DNA of 64,000 bases from positions 6,078,001 through 6,142,000 of the forward strand of contig CM052818.1 of assembly GCA_028534125.1 (NCBI GenBank), in the 5' to 3' direction. Made by a program: the position numbers and the translations under genes. The DNA comes from Lama glama (taxonomy: Eukaryota). Position 1 is the stretch's first letter; the number at the start of each line of letters is the position of its first letter. Below, one piece after another: positions 37,517 to 51,150 of the stretch. The notes beneath the pieces were generated by a model. The model ran no database searches. It worked only from the letters and a program-made list of their open reading frames with translations, and was not told where the DNA came from.

Positions 37517-39099
37517 ATCTAGATTCATTCAGATTGCAGAATCACAATTTTCTAACTTAATCACTTCTCCTTTTTTTATTAACTGAAATATTTCCATAAA
37601 AAGAAACTTCTCATCAACTATGTACTTACCTAAGGTACACATCATATAGGAAAAGCAGGGTACATGCTAGATTCTTTCCTTCTACTTACCTGTTTTTAAT
37701 ATGAGGTAAGTTTCCTAGTATTCTCCAAAGATAACCTTGAGGTGTTGAGAGTATTTTTTGGGGGGTGTTTTTGTTTGTTTTGTTTTAAAGTACAACAATG
37801 AACCTATGGATTTAAACACAGGGAATATTCCCTATGTTTAAACTCATTGCATTCAATTCTTATTAATGCTCAAATTGTCCCATATTTCCTAAGTAAAAAA
37901 TTTTTTAAATTATCTCCTTATTCTTTTTAAAATAACCCCTATATTATTGAGAGCTTTATTTCTACCTGGTTTAATAAAATATTCCCTGCTTATCTTGTGC
38001 ATTTCTTTCCCCATACACGGAATTACCCATTTCTCCAAAGAGATGTGGTCTCTTGGTGAGAAACAGTATTGATTGAACAGAATCCAGATGCACAGGGTAC
38101 ACATTGATACTGGAGTGGTTGTTATTTCTAAGTCTTTTTTCAGACTAGAACTTGAAATTATGAATTTACACTGACTCTTCTGATTGAAATTCAAGACTAC
38201 AGGATTTTAATTTTATCTCATTGACCTTACATTTTATTTCTTTAAGCCACTCAGAAAATTTCAGTCCTGAACAAACCAAAATAAACAATCATTTGAATTC
38301 TCCCATATATACACAACAACAGTGGGATAGCAATATCAGCGCTATCATCTATATAATATAATTACCAAAAAGTTTAAGGTTTTTTTATAGTTCTTTTTTT
38401 CTATGAGAGTATATTCCACTGGGGTTATCCAGTCAAATCACTGTTAAAAAGTTAGCTAATGTTTTTGATGAAACAGAGCATTTTGACATGACCATTTCAA
38501 AACAACTCAAACTGTTGAAGCATTGTTTTTATTAACAAGCCACAGAAACTGTGGGTCTCCACCCAATTTCTGAACCACACTTTACACAGGATTAGGGGTG
38601 GGGTAAGGCTCAGAAATGAGGTGTGTCCATTGCATACATTACAAAAAACAAAAACAAGGAAAAAAACTTCTTCCTTAGTAGGAAATATCATGTTCTTTCA
38701 TTTTATTTTCTTTTCAAAGTGCAAATTCCCCTAGGAGAAAGAAGCTATTACTAGTAATTTCCCCTTTTGTATTAATAGGCTCTGATAGGAACAGAGGAAG
38801 AAGTACCTCACCAAGGGCAGGGGAGTCGAAGAAGAACGTGAAGGAAAAGGAGTAAAGCATGAAGATCCTCAGATTGCAAGTCAAAAACGTTTTCTTCATC
38901 CTACTCTTCACAAGGGCTAGCCCTTATAAGGCAACCAGATGGAGAAGCAGGAGAGATTTCATGGTAGTCAACCTCTTTAAGCCTCCTTTAAATCACCAGA
39001 TTGCTTTTGAGAGGCATGTCTTCCCTCCTCATAGATATATTTTTATTCCTTTCCTTTTTCTCCTCCTCTTTTTCCCCCTCTTCCTCCTATGCCTTGAGA

Positions 39100-39318
39100 C
39101 AGACATTGGCAAACTACAACCAACAGCCAAACCCAATTGACACCGTTTTTTGTAAATAAAGTTGCATTGGAACACAGCCTGGACTGTTTGTTTATGTGTT
39201 GTCCATGGTGGCTTTCACACTCTACTGGCAAAAATGAAGAGTTGAGAAGGAGACTGTATGGACCGCAAAGCCTAAAATATTTATCATTTGGCTCTTTATA
39301 GGCAAAGTTGCCAGCATC
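39100..39318. mobile_element. MER58A hAT-Charlie
   Basis: 'ttggcaaactac...ttttgtaaataaagttgcattggaacacagcc...gcaaagcctaaaatatttatcatttggctctttata'. Confidence 0.85.
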
Positions 39319-39639
39319 TAAGTTGGCAGCTAAGCTATGGTTGACACTAACTTCAACCTTCTGCAATATGGCTTAGCCTTTCTGAGTGCAAAAGATTGCT
39401 AAGATTTAATTTAAATGTGCAGCTAATCATAAGCTCTCTCCCTTAACAGGACATAATACAGGTTCTAGAAATTGAACTAAACTCAGGTGTAAGAGCAGTG
39501 CCTGCTAGGAGTGATCCAAAGCCACAGGTTCAGCTTGCAAGTTTTCGAGAATTTTGAAATGAACTAAAATTTGTCTTCTAGGCATACCATAGCTAGAAAT
39601 CCCCAAACATTTCAGTTAAGGGTAACAGTGCCCATTATC

Positions 39640-39900
39640 ACTGCTCACTTTTCACATGCTAGGCACCATGCTAGGCACTTTATAGATAATGTATAATCTT
39701 CTTTTATTCTTTTATCAATCCTAGAGAAGTAGAGAATATGATTACCCACAGTTTATAGCTGAGAAAACAGACTGAGAAAGAATGAGAAACTTGCCCAGGG
39801 TCACACAGCTGGGAAGTAATGGAGCCAAAAATGCAAAAACCCAAGATTTCTCAAACGAGGCCCATGCTTTAAAACCACTAAACAATGCCACTGCTAAGCC
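39640..39900 (-). mobile_element. MIR SINE
   Basis: 'ctaggcaccatgctaggcacttt...gagaaacttgcccagggtcacacagctgggaagtaatggagcc'. Confidence 0.75.
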
Positions 39901-40064
39901 AAGACACAGCCTCAAGTCTAGAATCTGCATGGCTCCTAAGAAAGGACTGATCTTTCTTGTTAGATTTTCTTGTGAGGCTACCTAGAGAAAAAAGAACTGC
40001 TGTGAATGACATGGAAAGGAGAGGAATTTGTCACCAAAACTATGAGGCAACTGCTTTCATTAAA

Positions 40065-42830
40065 GAGACTTCCAGTTAAATATGGCAGCCTGATCACAGA
40101 CATGTAAACTTTCTCCTTCCTGAGTCCCCACCAAAATGATTATAAAGGAATAAAAAGAATATAAGTTCTTGAGGACAGGCAAGCAGGAGAGGAGACATCA
40201 GCAGATGGGGAATTTAATATATTTTTAGAAGGAAAATATATCAAGGAGGAGTGGTGACCAATCTAGCCAAGCAGGGAACGCTAGAACCAGAAGTCCCTGC
40301 AAAGGGAGATACCACAATGGGAAGAGAGTGATGGTCCCCTACAGAGTCCCTGAGAGACTCAGGAACTAACAGTGCTGGATAAGGCAAGGGTCAGGCTCAA
40401 GTCTACATACAGATTTGGGGGGTGGTGGTAAAAGTCTGCATGTAAATTGGATGCCTGCTTGAATCCCTTTCGTCACACCACATGATCCTCAGGCAGAAGA
40501 CTATAGGTTTGTATCCTTCTAAAAGAAACAGAGAGGCTCCAGACACAGCAAAGGGATGGGGTAGGATAAAGAAGGAAAAACTGGAGGATTAAGGAAGTTT
40601 TGTGGGCTGTCAACTAGCCCACTTTACTTGTCTCGTCTGAAGGACTCCTACAGCAAAGTGTATACCCCACACTCGAAGCTTCAACTGCCAGATTCTTTGC
40701 TAGATATGGTGAATAGCTCCAGACTTCCATATGCTGACATATGGGGCATTCTCCAATGAAAATGCTACTCTGTGTGCAATGATGTTACAGAGAAGCCCGA
40801 AGCCCATCAATTATAGGCCCAAAAGCTTTCAATCAGCTCCATTCTCAAATAAGAGCAGACATTCAAAGATTACCAGATTTGAGGAAAGGCCCCGGAATAA
40901 AAGAGCTAAGAACAAAGCAACAGAGAAAAAGCAACCAATATGAAATACAGATAATGTAGGAACAAAACAAAGTTTCACAAACTATAGTTAATATCCTTAG
41001 AGAGATAAGAAGATATTACATCCATAAAACAACAATTCGATGCTATAAAGAAGGAACAATCAGAGAAAAAGAAGAGTTCTTAGAAACTAAAGTTATGATA
41101 GATAAAGCTTTTTTTAAAAATCAGTAGAAGATTTGGAAGATAAAATCACACAAACCTCCTGAAAGAAAATTTTAAAAGATAGAATAATGGGAGACAGGAG
41201 AAAAACAAAGAGACATAGATAAGATAAATCTGGTTAATCCAACATCTAATTTTATAAAAGTTCCATCAAAAGAAAAAAAATTGGTGAGATTAAATCATCA
41301 AATATACAAGAAAATTTCTCTAAACTGAAAGTGTGACTCTTCTGATGACTCCACATTCTTAGAATCCCAGGTGAAGATGGAAATCCAGGGAAAAAAAAGT
41401 CATTTTTAAAAGACTCAGGCCAAGGTACATCACTGTGAAATTTCATAATAAGGGTAAAGTGAAAATTCTAAAAAGATTCCACTCAGAAAATCCAGGTTGC
41501 AGGCAAAGGTGTAAGTGTCAAAATGACATAGGACTTCTTAACAACAATAAAGTGCTGGATAACAATGAAATAATGCCTTCAAAATTCTTAGAAAGAAGTG
41601 ATTTCCAAACCACAATTCTTTATGCAGCCGAACTAAAAGTCAGTTGGAGGTAAGAGGAGGGAAAACTGCCGTGAAAGACTCAGCTACAACTTCCCTGCAG
41701 CTTCTGGCTCACCAGTAGTCTTTCTCAGGAAGCTACTGAAATAGTACCCCATTGATGAAAAGGGGTCAGCTTAGAAGGAGAGATTTCAGGAGATCTCCAA
41801 GGAAGGGATCCAAATCAAAAGACTGACAAAGGGAAGTCTCCACTATGGCACTGTACAATAGCTGTGCGGGTCTCCAATTTTTTTTTTTAAGGAATCGATT
41901 AAATGATAAATTTAAACATTTGGGGAAAACATAGAACTGAGAGCTATATAATAGATCTGACAAACCAAGTGGGAAGAATTAAGAAGAGATTCAGTGGTCA
42001 TCTTAAATGCTTTCCACCAGGTATTTTCACCCCTCCACCTTGCAGACACGTGGTAGAATTACTTTTCATGGTTTGTGAAGCCATGTGACTAGTGCTGGCC
42101 AATAAATTGTAAGCAAAAGTGATGCACCGCATCTGGGCCAAGGCGTTTTAAATGATGGTTTGCTGCCCTCCAGAGCACGTCTTTCTGGCATGGAGACTGA
42201 CTAGGTTCAAGACAGTGGTTGCCCCAAAGGCCTGGACCCTTGTGCAGAATCTCTCTCCCCTCCACTTAAATCAGCCCCTAGTGGACATGCAACATGAACA
42301 AGAAAGAAACCTCTGTTGTTTTGAGACACTAAGACTCAAAATTGGGGTTGCTACTCAATAAAACCTAGCCCATCCTAGTAAGTATATGGAAATCTAAGTA
42401 TGTATAAAAATAGGGCAATTATTAGGACCATAGTATACTCATTCTACAGTGATGATATGTGTCTCATTGTGATAATGGAAATTCTGACTCAACTGAAAAT
42501 TTTGACTATTTTCAGACGTTACGGGAAGAGGAAGGTAAGGATAGTGGCGGTTTAAGACAGCTAAGTCATTATCTATCATAAGAAAAGAGACAGATACGGC
42601 CTAAAATTAATAAATCAAAAAACAGCAGTTAATGGGGGTATTCTTTTCGCAATATGGAGATACAGATACACACCAGAAGAAACAGTTTAGACTATCGAAA
42701 GATATTCCTCTGGGTAATGGGAACATAAGAATGGGAGCAAGGGAATGCTCTTCCTTTTACACGTCATCTAGTACCATTTGATTTTTACTGTGTGCATGCA
42801 TCACTCAGACCAAAATGAACTTTATCAGTA
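40065..42830 (+). mobile_element. HAL1 (half-L1) / old L1-type element, long degenerate copy
   Basis: 5' end 'gacttccagttaaatatggcag'; ORF1-like remnant 'gatgctataaagaaggaacaatcagagaaaaagaagagttcttagaaactaaa' and 'atgccttcaaaattcttag...gatttccaaaccacaattct'. Confidence 0.65.
41990..42380 (+). mobile_element. MLT1 (I/J-like) LTR nested in HAL1
   Basis: 'gccatgtgactagtgctggccaataaattgtaagcaaaagtg...catgcaacatgaacaagaaagaaacctctgttgttttgagacactaag...aacctagcccatcct'. Confidence 0.75.
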
Positions 42831-43529
42831 ACTTTAAGCATTTAGTTTCATTTGACATTTCTATCTTAGAAGACTTGAGGATGAGGTTGGGATGCCCCCT
42901 CTTTCACTGAGTTCGTGCCTCCGAAGGCAAAGTTGCGTAAATCTTCTCCCACCCGCTCTCTTTGAGCCCTCTCCTGGACTGCCGATGCTGCCAAAGCCTG
43001 GAGGGGCTGAATGTCAAAGGTGTCTGGGCCCCCCTGGGAGGGCAGCAGTGTCATCAAGTCTGACTCATATGAAAAAAAATCTCACAGAACCAAGCCTGGG
43101 GCTGCTGCTGGGGAGAAGCTGGAAGAAGGCACACACTTTCCTCGATAGATTATAATGCCTGGCAGTGCAGCAAGCACTGGTCTGAAATTAACTTCTGGTC
43201 TGAGAGCTCCATCTCTGTTCCGTAAGTTTACTCATAAGTAGATGTAAGATCAATCAAGGTAAAGTTTCAAAAGGATCCACCCTTTGAGTAGGCTGCATCT
43301 CCAGGAGGTAGAACCCCCTCAGTCCAAACAGCTCAAAGTAGCCTGCAAGGTTGCAAGGTCCCAAGCTGCCCCCTGGGTTGGGCTGAGTCTCCAGAAGAGA
43401 AGAGTGCTTGCCCGTGTGAGTGGAAATAGCAAGGCTTAACAAGCCATCCAAATAAATGGCTGGAAACACTCCAAGAATTGTAGATTGTCAGGATGGATAT
43501 TATTTCTTCAATAACGACTGAAAAGAAAG

Positions 43530-43700
43530 TGCTAGGAACTGTTGTAAGTGCTTTATGCTGGTATTATTATGATCATCATTTTACAAATAAGGAAACTGAG
43601 GCATGGGGAGCTCGATTATCTTGCCCAAGGTTGCACAACTAGTAACTGCAGAGGTGTAATCTGAATCTGGCTATCTCACTGGACCCACAGTCTAAAGTGA
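43530..43700 (-). mobile_element. MIR SINE
   Basis: 'cattttacaaataaggaaactgaggca...cttgcccaaggttgcacaactagtaa'. Confidence 0.75.
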
Positions 43701-44280
43701 ATCACTTGTGATATGTGGAGGAAAAATCACTTTCCGAAATTCTGCATCAAAGTTCTGCACCAGATAGAGTGGGGGCTGCTTTTCAAAGACACTGCTGCTA
43801 CTCACAATTCCACAAAGCGTGAATGTATGTGAGACAATCATTCCCCCGACTGCATAGGTCTACTATTTATATGAAGCTATTTAACTTAATTACAAATAAT
43901 TTAGGCTACAGATGGGAGCAAAGCAACATTAAGGATCTTGATTTTGAAACTGTTCTAAAATAGCTTTTAAAATCTAGGAGGCAAATTGTCTTTCCAAATG
44001 GAAATGAATGTGTGACGCAGTGAAGTCTTAAAGTTACTAGCATCTTTTGCTGAGCCCCCATCTATTTTCTTTGTCATTTACACGATGTGCAGTCTTTAAT
44101 TTCAGCTCCATGATCAAAGACATGAAACTGGAGAAGCTCACTATTAAAATCAATGGTTGTATTTGGACAGAGGAACTGCGGTGACGTGACGACTGCTTCT
44201 CACCTACGACAAGGGGAGACCAGACTCTGAATGGTTTCAGGCAGAGACCCCAGCCCAGCCTCTATATGAGGAATGTGAAG

Positions 44281-44318
<38 letters not shown>

Positions 44319-44331
44319 GCACGCACGCACA
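44281..44331 (+). repeat. (TC)n(CA)n compound microsatellite
   Basis: Direct reading. Confidence 0.9.
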
Positions 44332-46683
44332 TGGTGCAAGGAGCCTCAGCCTCGCCCATCCCATTCCACCGTACCTGTGAGAGCTCCATTGCTGAATGCA
44401 GTGCCAGGAAACATGTTTTTAGGAATTCAGGGTATCACGTTTCATAATTTGATTTAAATCAATTATCCCATCCCTCCCTGGAACAGGCACAAGCTCCAAA
44501 AATACAAAATGTAAATGGAACCAGCTGCAGCAAAAGCCTTTTGCCAGGATGGATTTCAGTCAACATAATCAGCCTCCTTTTCGAGGTATGTTACTGTTGA
44601 GACCCAGAGACTGCATGAAACACTTCCAGTGTCCAGGAAGGTAACCAATTAGGGCAGGGGAGAAAGAGAAGGAGCTAATCTTCTCTGTTCTGGCTTGCCT
44701 TTGACCCGAACTCTTAGGAAGAATTAATTCACTCCTCTGGGGGATACTGGGAAACTGAGGTCGTTATTGGCAGCCTTCAAACACTGTCCTTAATTTATGG
44801 ATATTTACTAAACCACATAATCACCCTGAGTTATCCCATTACAGGGTTCAGCAGAGCTGAGGTCTGCAGCCTTGGGCGTGAAGATCAGTTGTGAGAGGTT
44901 TTGTGAGTGTGTGCAAAGTGTTCATTAAAGAAGGCATGAGCGTACCCCACAATTATTTAGGCTCCCAACATACCGCCCAACAAATGGGTCCCGTGCATGG
45001 GGTTTGGCATCCTTCCATTGAAATCCTTCCCTTTAATTGATTTAAAATGATAATTCAATTAAAATAATTATTCTAGTCAAACTTCGTATCTTTCTGGCAG
45101 GTTCTACGGAGGCCTCTGCCCTCAATGTTATTTTAGTATTTTCTTTATTTGTTTTCTCACTGGGCTGACTTCGGCTCTCCAAATCTTTGGAAAATTTTAC
45201 GTCATTGGGTAATCATTGCACCTTTCTGGAGCTTTCCATTCAAGACGCAGGGAATCGGGGAAACAAAATATCCTAGAGAGATTTTGTACTTTGAATTTGG
45301 ACAAGAAATAACTGGGAATGGTGGATGGATGTCTCCCCAACCCACTCACCTAAAATGCAGACCTCAGAGTGGCCGGCCAGCCTGTTAAAGCTGTAAGGGA
45401 AGGATGAATGGTAGTCCCATCCCTCCTGTGCTTATCTTTCTTTTATTTATTTCCTCATTTTTCTTTCAGTGGCTGCTGCACTCTCGAAATGTTTAATAGT
45501 TATATTGGATCTTGGGAATTCTCATATAACTTCTAATTTTTGAAGTATTATTATAACACTTATTTCTTCTACACAACTATGTTAGAAGGTAGATAGGCAG
45601 ATCCTCTCAGTCTCATTTTAAAGATGAGGAGAAAGCAACACAGAGAGGGTAGGTAGCTGTACCAATACCACACAGGTAATGTTGGAAGAGCTGTCACTTT
45701 CCAATTAGAGAACCATGTAGCAATGTAAATGAAAAACAAATTACTTCTCTATTTTAATTTTTTAGCATTAACAAAATTTGCAAGGGCACAGGGCCAGTAT
45801 GATTTGTGCAATCACCAACTTTTGCTTTAAAAAAAAAAAAAGACTCCAGGTGCACTTTTGCCTGAAGGATGCCATCCTCTTGACCTGAATCACTGATGCC
45901 TGGGAATCCAGCTGTGGCCTCTTCCACTTTTCAGCCATGCTAATGAGTGTGCAAAAAAGATCTGCAACAGAAGACATGGGCTTCTTGGTGCTACTCTGAG
46001 TTGAACACTGGACCAGGAGTCTGAAGCCTTGACTCAACAGCTCAGCCGCTGATAAGGTATGTGACTTTGGAAAATTCCTTTTATATCCCTAGACTTTAGA
46101 GTACCTACTAGACCTTCAGATTCTAATATTTGCTTTTAGCCAAAAGAGCCTTGATTTTTCAGATTCCAATATTAATCCTGTTTGAATATTGTCTCTAAGA
46201 GAAAAACTGGGCTTCCACAAGGCAACAGGCAAGTCTTGAATAGTACCTTCCTGGCAGAAATTTAAACTTCTTGATCCAAGGGAACTCTTGCTTATCACAT
46301 ATTATAAGCATACCTTTAAAAAAATAACTTTGCAGTAACTGATGATACTTCGATGGAACATAAATTTAGCTGTTCTATCAATGGCAAAATACAGATGTGG
46401 AGTGATGTCCTGAGCATCTCATCATGCACCTAAAGGCAAGGCAGGGCTTGAAAATGAGGAAGAGAAGGGAGTCGTGGGCCACAGAGCCTGAGTGGGAAAG
46501 CCAAGAAGAAACCAGCCCTATGGCTCGAACTCTGGGTCCCAGGCCTCCAGCCACTTGGATTTGTTGCTTCTTTGTAAATCCTGCTCTGAGTAGAGTCCAT
46601 CTGAGGATTTACATTAAAAGCCATATGGAAAAATTGGAGGGAGAAAAAGGGGTTGTGGGAAAGGGCATTAAAACATCATTCCA

Positions 46684-47210
46684 GATCCAACAATTCCACT
46701 TCTGGGCATAAATCCAGAGAAAACGCTAATTCAAAAAGATACATGCACCCAATGTTCATAGCAGCACTATTTACAATAGCCAAGACATGGAAACAACCTA
46801 ACTGTCCCTTGACAGATGACTAGATAAAGAAGATATGATGTATGTATACAATGGAACACTACTTGGCCATAAAAAGAGTGAAATAATGCCATTTGCAGGA
46901 CATGGATGGACCTAGAGATTATCATACAAAGCGGAGTAAGTCAGACAGAAAAAGACAAATATCATATAACATCACTTATATGTGTAATCTAAAAAATCAT
47001 ACAAATGAACTTATTTACAAAAGTGAAACAGACTCACAGACGTAGAAAACAAACTTATGGTTATCAAAGGGGAAAGGTGGGGGAGGGATAAATGAGGAGT
47101 TTGGGATTAACAGACACATAGTATTATATATAAAATAGATAAACAACAAGGTCCTACTGTATAGCACAGGGAACTATATTAAACATCTTGTGATAACCTA
47201 TAATGAAAAA

Positions 47211-47262
<52 letters not shown>

Positions 47263-47330
47263 GAATCCCTATGCTGTATACCAGAAACTAATACAACATT
47301 GTAAACCAACTATACTTCAATAAAAAAAAA
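46684..47330 (+). mobile_element. 5'-truncated L1 3' end with internal (TA)n
   Basis: 'gatccaacaattccacttctgggcata...aatgttcatagcagcactatttacaatagccaagacatgg'; 3'UTR; polyA; TSD atcattcca at 46675-46683 and 47331-47339; (TA)n at 47213-47260. Confidence 0.95.
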
Positions 47331-48399
47331 ATCATTCCAAAGGAAACTAGGTCAGACAGACCATTTCTTTGAAACCTCATTCTTTTCCAAATCATTTCTA
47401 AGCAGGATTACTGTTTTAGGTGAGCCAGCTTCCAGAGGGGACCCCTTTACATAGACACACTTTGTCCATTGCAACTGTATGTAGCTAACAAATTGAAAAT
47501 AAATTATATTTATATGGAAATAAGAACAAATTTTAGGTACATATATTATAAATGTCCCAGCCCAAATTGCAAGTTCAAGGAAACCCATATTTTATAGAGT
47601 GTACTATTGTTTTCTTTTACTCCTTTTAAATGTATTTTTAAATGTCTGGAAAGATGAAAAGCAACAAACAAAAATAAAGACCCCCGCTACAAGAAAGTAA
47701 CTGAAAGGAATAGAACTAAATCATCTCCTTAGACTGGTTTTATGCAAAAAGCCTATTCAATAAGTGATTTCTACTGTAGGAAATCTCAAATATCCATTCT
47801 AAGCCAAACCAAAACACTGAGCAAGATATGAAAGAAATAAGACATGCATCTCTCCTCTCCTGGAGAGTTTATGTGTAGCCTCACAGAATTCATTCTATAC
47901 TAGGGTTCACTAGAAATAGGAGTCATCCCATAGTAGAGACATGCAAAGTGCATGCAGAAAGACTGAAAGAGCAAAGAAACAGCTGTTTAGCATGGGAAGG
48001 AGTTAAGTCTGGGGATCTTTGTGGAGATTTCTGGAGAAAGTAAGTTTTGGGTAAGGTCTTAACAAGACGATCTTTGAGTTCATGGAAAGGAAGAGACTCT
48101 TGAATTTTAGCTGCTGCTATACTTAGGCAGACTGCCTGAGACCATGGGACATAACCATCTGTTCCTCCTTACCTGGAGAGGCCATTTTTCTCTCTCCTAG
48201 TTTGTATTCCAAAACTAGGCTGATGACCAGTGTAAATACACATACATATCTATCCATCCACCCCTCCTATCAAGGACCGCACTTTTCACTGGGGGTGCAA
48301 ATAGGATGAAGCCACGATGAAGCTGCTCTCAAAGTTTACAAGAGAACCACAAAGTTCATCAGTGAGAATCTTCTCAGAGGCCACAGGTACCTCCCAGTG

Positions 48400-48620
48400 A
48401 GCTCAGATTCTGGAGCCCAACTGTCTGATGTGAATTCTGCCTCTAAGTGACTCATAAGTAACTGCCAGCTGTGTGATCCCAGGAACTCTCAGATCCCACA
48501 GAACTTCTCCTGGCCTCAGTTCCTCATCTGTAAAATGGGGACAATAAGTTAATACATGCGAAACACAGAGAAGAGTGCCTACAAGCTCCATATGGGCGCT
48601 ATGTAAGTGTTTGCTATTAA
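48400..48620 (+). mobile_element. MIR SINE
   Basis: 'ggcctcagttcctcatctgtaaaatggggacaataa' MIR core. Confidence 0.8.
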
Positions 48621-50702
48621 GATGACGCCTTCTCCTACACTAGTTAAATCATCAGCTGCTCAAGAGCATGACATTTGTAGCCTCCCAACTCCATCACAGA
48701 TGGGCACCACCCACAAGACCATCTACCACATGCCAAACACTCAGTATGTACATTTGCGTGTAGACTTTCCTGGAAGCTCCTCTTTTAACCTACATTTCCT
48801 TCTGGCCTGGGGCCCATCATCTTCCCTGAGACAGAAAACAGCTGGTGAACACCTTTCCTAACAGTAATGCTCCTAGTACGTCATGACCACTCTCAGGTGA
48901 CCCAGTAGGCTCTTCCTTTCCAAGCTAACCCATTCTTCAGCACTGCTACACACGGATACCCTCCCAGCCTTTTATTCATCTCCCTTACTGTGCCCCGATT
49001 CTCTGTGCCTGCGTTGCCCAGGAGAGCTCCAAACAGGACAGGCACACTCTATTCTCCGCAAACGTCTTCTCTAGTTTTCAGTTATGACAAAAGCCCTGGT
49101 GCATTTAGACTGAAATTCTTCTGAAGACAAGATTCCATATACTTCCCGTTTCCTTCACCGCAACCTGGCTCCAGATGGAAAGGAGATAACTGTGTTCATG
49201 AGTGAGAAATGATATTAGTGGATAAATATCCTTGCCCACAAGGACTTACATTGGAGCGAGAAAGGAAGCTTCCTTTCACGTGTCAACTCCAATCACTCGA
49301 TGTGAGAGTTCTGTTAAGGAGAATTATGAGGTTATGTCTAAGCTCAGCAACAAGTGGGCTGTGACCACTATGCTCACACATATGCACACATGCACGCACA
49401 CACACCACAATACAACCTTTCCCAAAACACGTCTGCTTTGTGAAGAAATATCTGACCAGCAGCGTTTCCTGTATCATTTATCTTCTAGGAATAACGCTAG
49501 CATTTGGGGTATACGATTAATTCTTTCAGGCTGCTGCAATAGACCTGAGTATTCATTTGGTAGCTGTCGCTCTAACAATTTAAAAAATAACAAAGTATGC
49601 ACCTCCTTTAGTTTTCAATATCCTCTCCTTGAGTGATTTATTTCTAGAAATGGTGACATGGGTTGCATAGTTGCTGCATGGGATACGTGTATTTAAATTT
49701 TGAACATTAGGTACTTATAGCCACGTGAAACTAATATTCCTTTGTATTTAATGGTTTTTTAGCACTTACTATGTAAAAAGCATAAAAGCAGTCTGTTAAA
49801 GAAGCCATCATTGATAGATGTTTGTTTTCTCAAGTTATTAACAATAAAGAATTATCAACGTTAGAAAAAAAAAAAAAAGAAGTGGGCTGTGATCAAATAA
49901 CGTGTGTACCATGGGCTCAGGAGCGGGTTCAGGAGCGGTTTTTATACTTGCTAGATCTGCCCAAGATCCTCCTGGTGGCCTGTGTGCTGACCTGATAAAT
50001 TCCTTAGAACATGCTACCATGTATATGCTCTGCCTTGAAGAATACAGTAAGTCCTTCAGGTCAAATATTTTCTCAATTATTTTGATCTCCTAATAACCAC
50101 TTTTAGGATTAAAAATCTTCAACAAGGTCCCAACTCACCTTAAAATGTGTTTCTTGGGAGGAATGACCTCCTCCCAAGCTATTACCAGCTTGTCACTATT
50201 CAATCTCAGAGCAACTAGCCATTCACTCAGCAAGGGCCTAAGGAGATGGTATCCAGAACAGCTACGTTTTGACACGGGAGATGAAAAGAAAGGAATTTGG
50301 AGCGCCTTCCCAAAACACACACGCTGACAGGGTTCCATGGTGCAGCCTGGGCTGTCATTAGGGAACATGAGGGCATACTGTGTTGGAGAGAATAATGAAT
50401 GGAATGCCACAGAATAAACTGGATTTAGCAAGATGGAGATGTCTGAAAAGCATACAGCATCTCTTTCACAAGTTTGCCCATCCCTGGGCCTAGGGGATAA
50501 TTCTAACTTTCCAAAGTGCACAGAAGACAATGCAGGAGGCCAAAGGTGCTCCTACTTACCAACTAGATGAGGAAAACCAATTAGGGTCCATTCAGCTGCC
50601 AAAGAGAATCCCAAGGAAGCACAGGCATTCAGCTTAGTGTTTTAGTAAAGGGAGCTAAGGGGGAGGTAATCTCTCTTCCCCTCTAGGATTTGCAGAACCT
50701 CT

Positions 50703-51150
50703 AACTGTATTTCAACTATCCTAAGACTGTTCACAGATTAACTCTCTCAAATCAAGATGCATCTTAAAATCAATGGCATGTCATAGTTTAATTTAGACAA
50801 CTTGTTTTTCCTTTCTTAATGGAACATAAAATAATGGCATCTGTTACAGCTGATGGCGGATGTGATGAACGTAATTGGAAGGCGGGTTCCAATATGTGGG
50901 AATACACAAGAATCTTTGACATCTCTTCTCTTGGATTCAGCCGCAATCAACACAGCCCTCCAAACCTCGGTCTTGAATCCGTCAAGTGTTTGTGGAGCCC
51001 ACAAGACTCCCAAGCACAGTGATTATGCTTGTGCGCCTACATGAAAAGTCTGGTCTGAAAGGGAAAAGGCAAGGTGGCCGTATTTATTTTAATATGTCTT
51101 CAGCTATTTTAAAAGGTTTTTTCTTACTTCCATGTTGGAGGTCTTTCTAC
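50703..51150. mobile_element. Kanga/MER104-like TcMar-Tc2 DNA transposon remnant
   Basis: TIR-like 'actgtatttcaactatcctaagac...tctcaaatcaagatgcatcttaaaatcaatggc'. Confidence 0.55.

Larger units (their letters stand above)
36300..38460 (-). mobile_element. Old L1MC/MD 3' region interrupted by nested elements
   Basis: 'tctagaggcttgatcagattctggttt', 'gatatcgctagacactggtgatcatt', 'aatgctcaaattgtcccatatt', 'catttctccaaagagatgtggtctctt' typical of L1MC 3'UTR. Confidence 0.65.
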
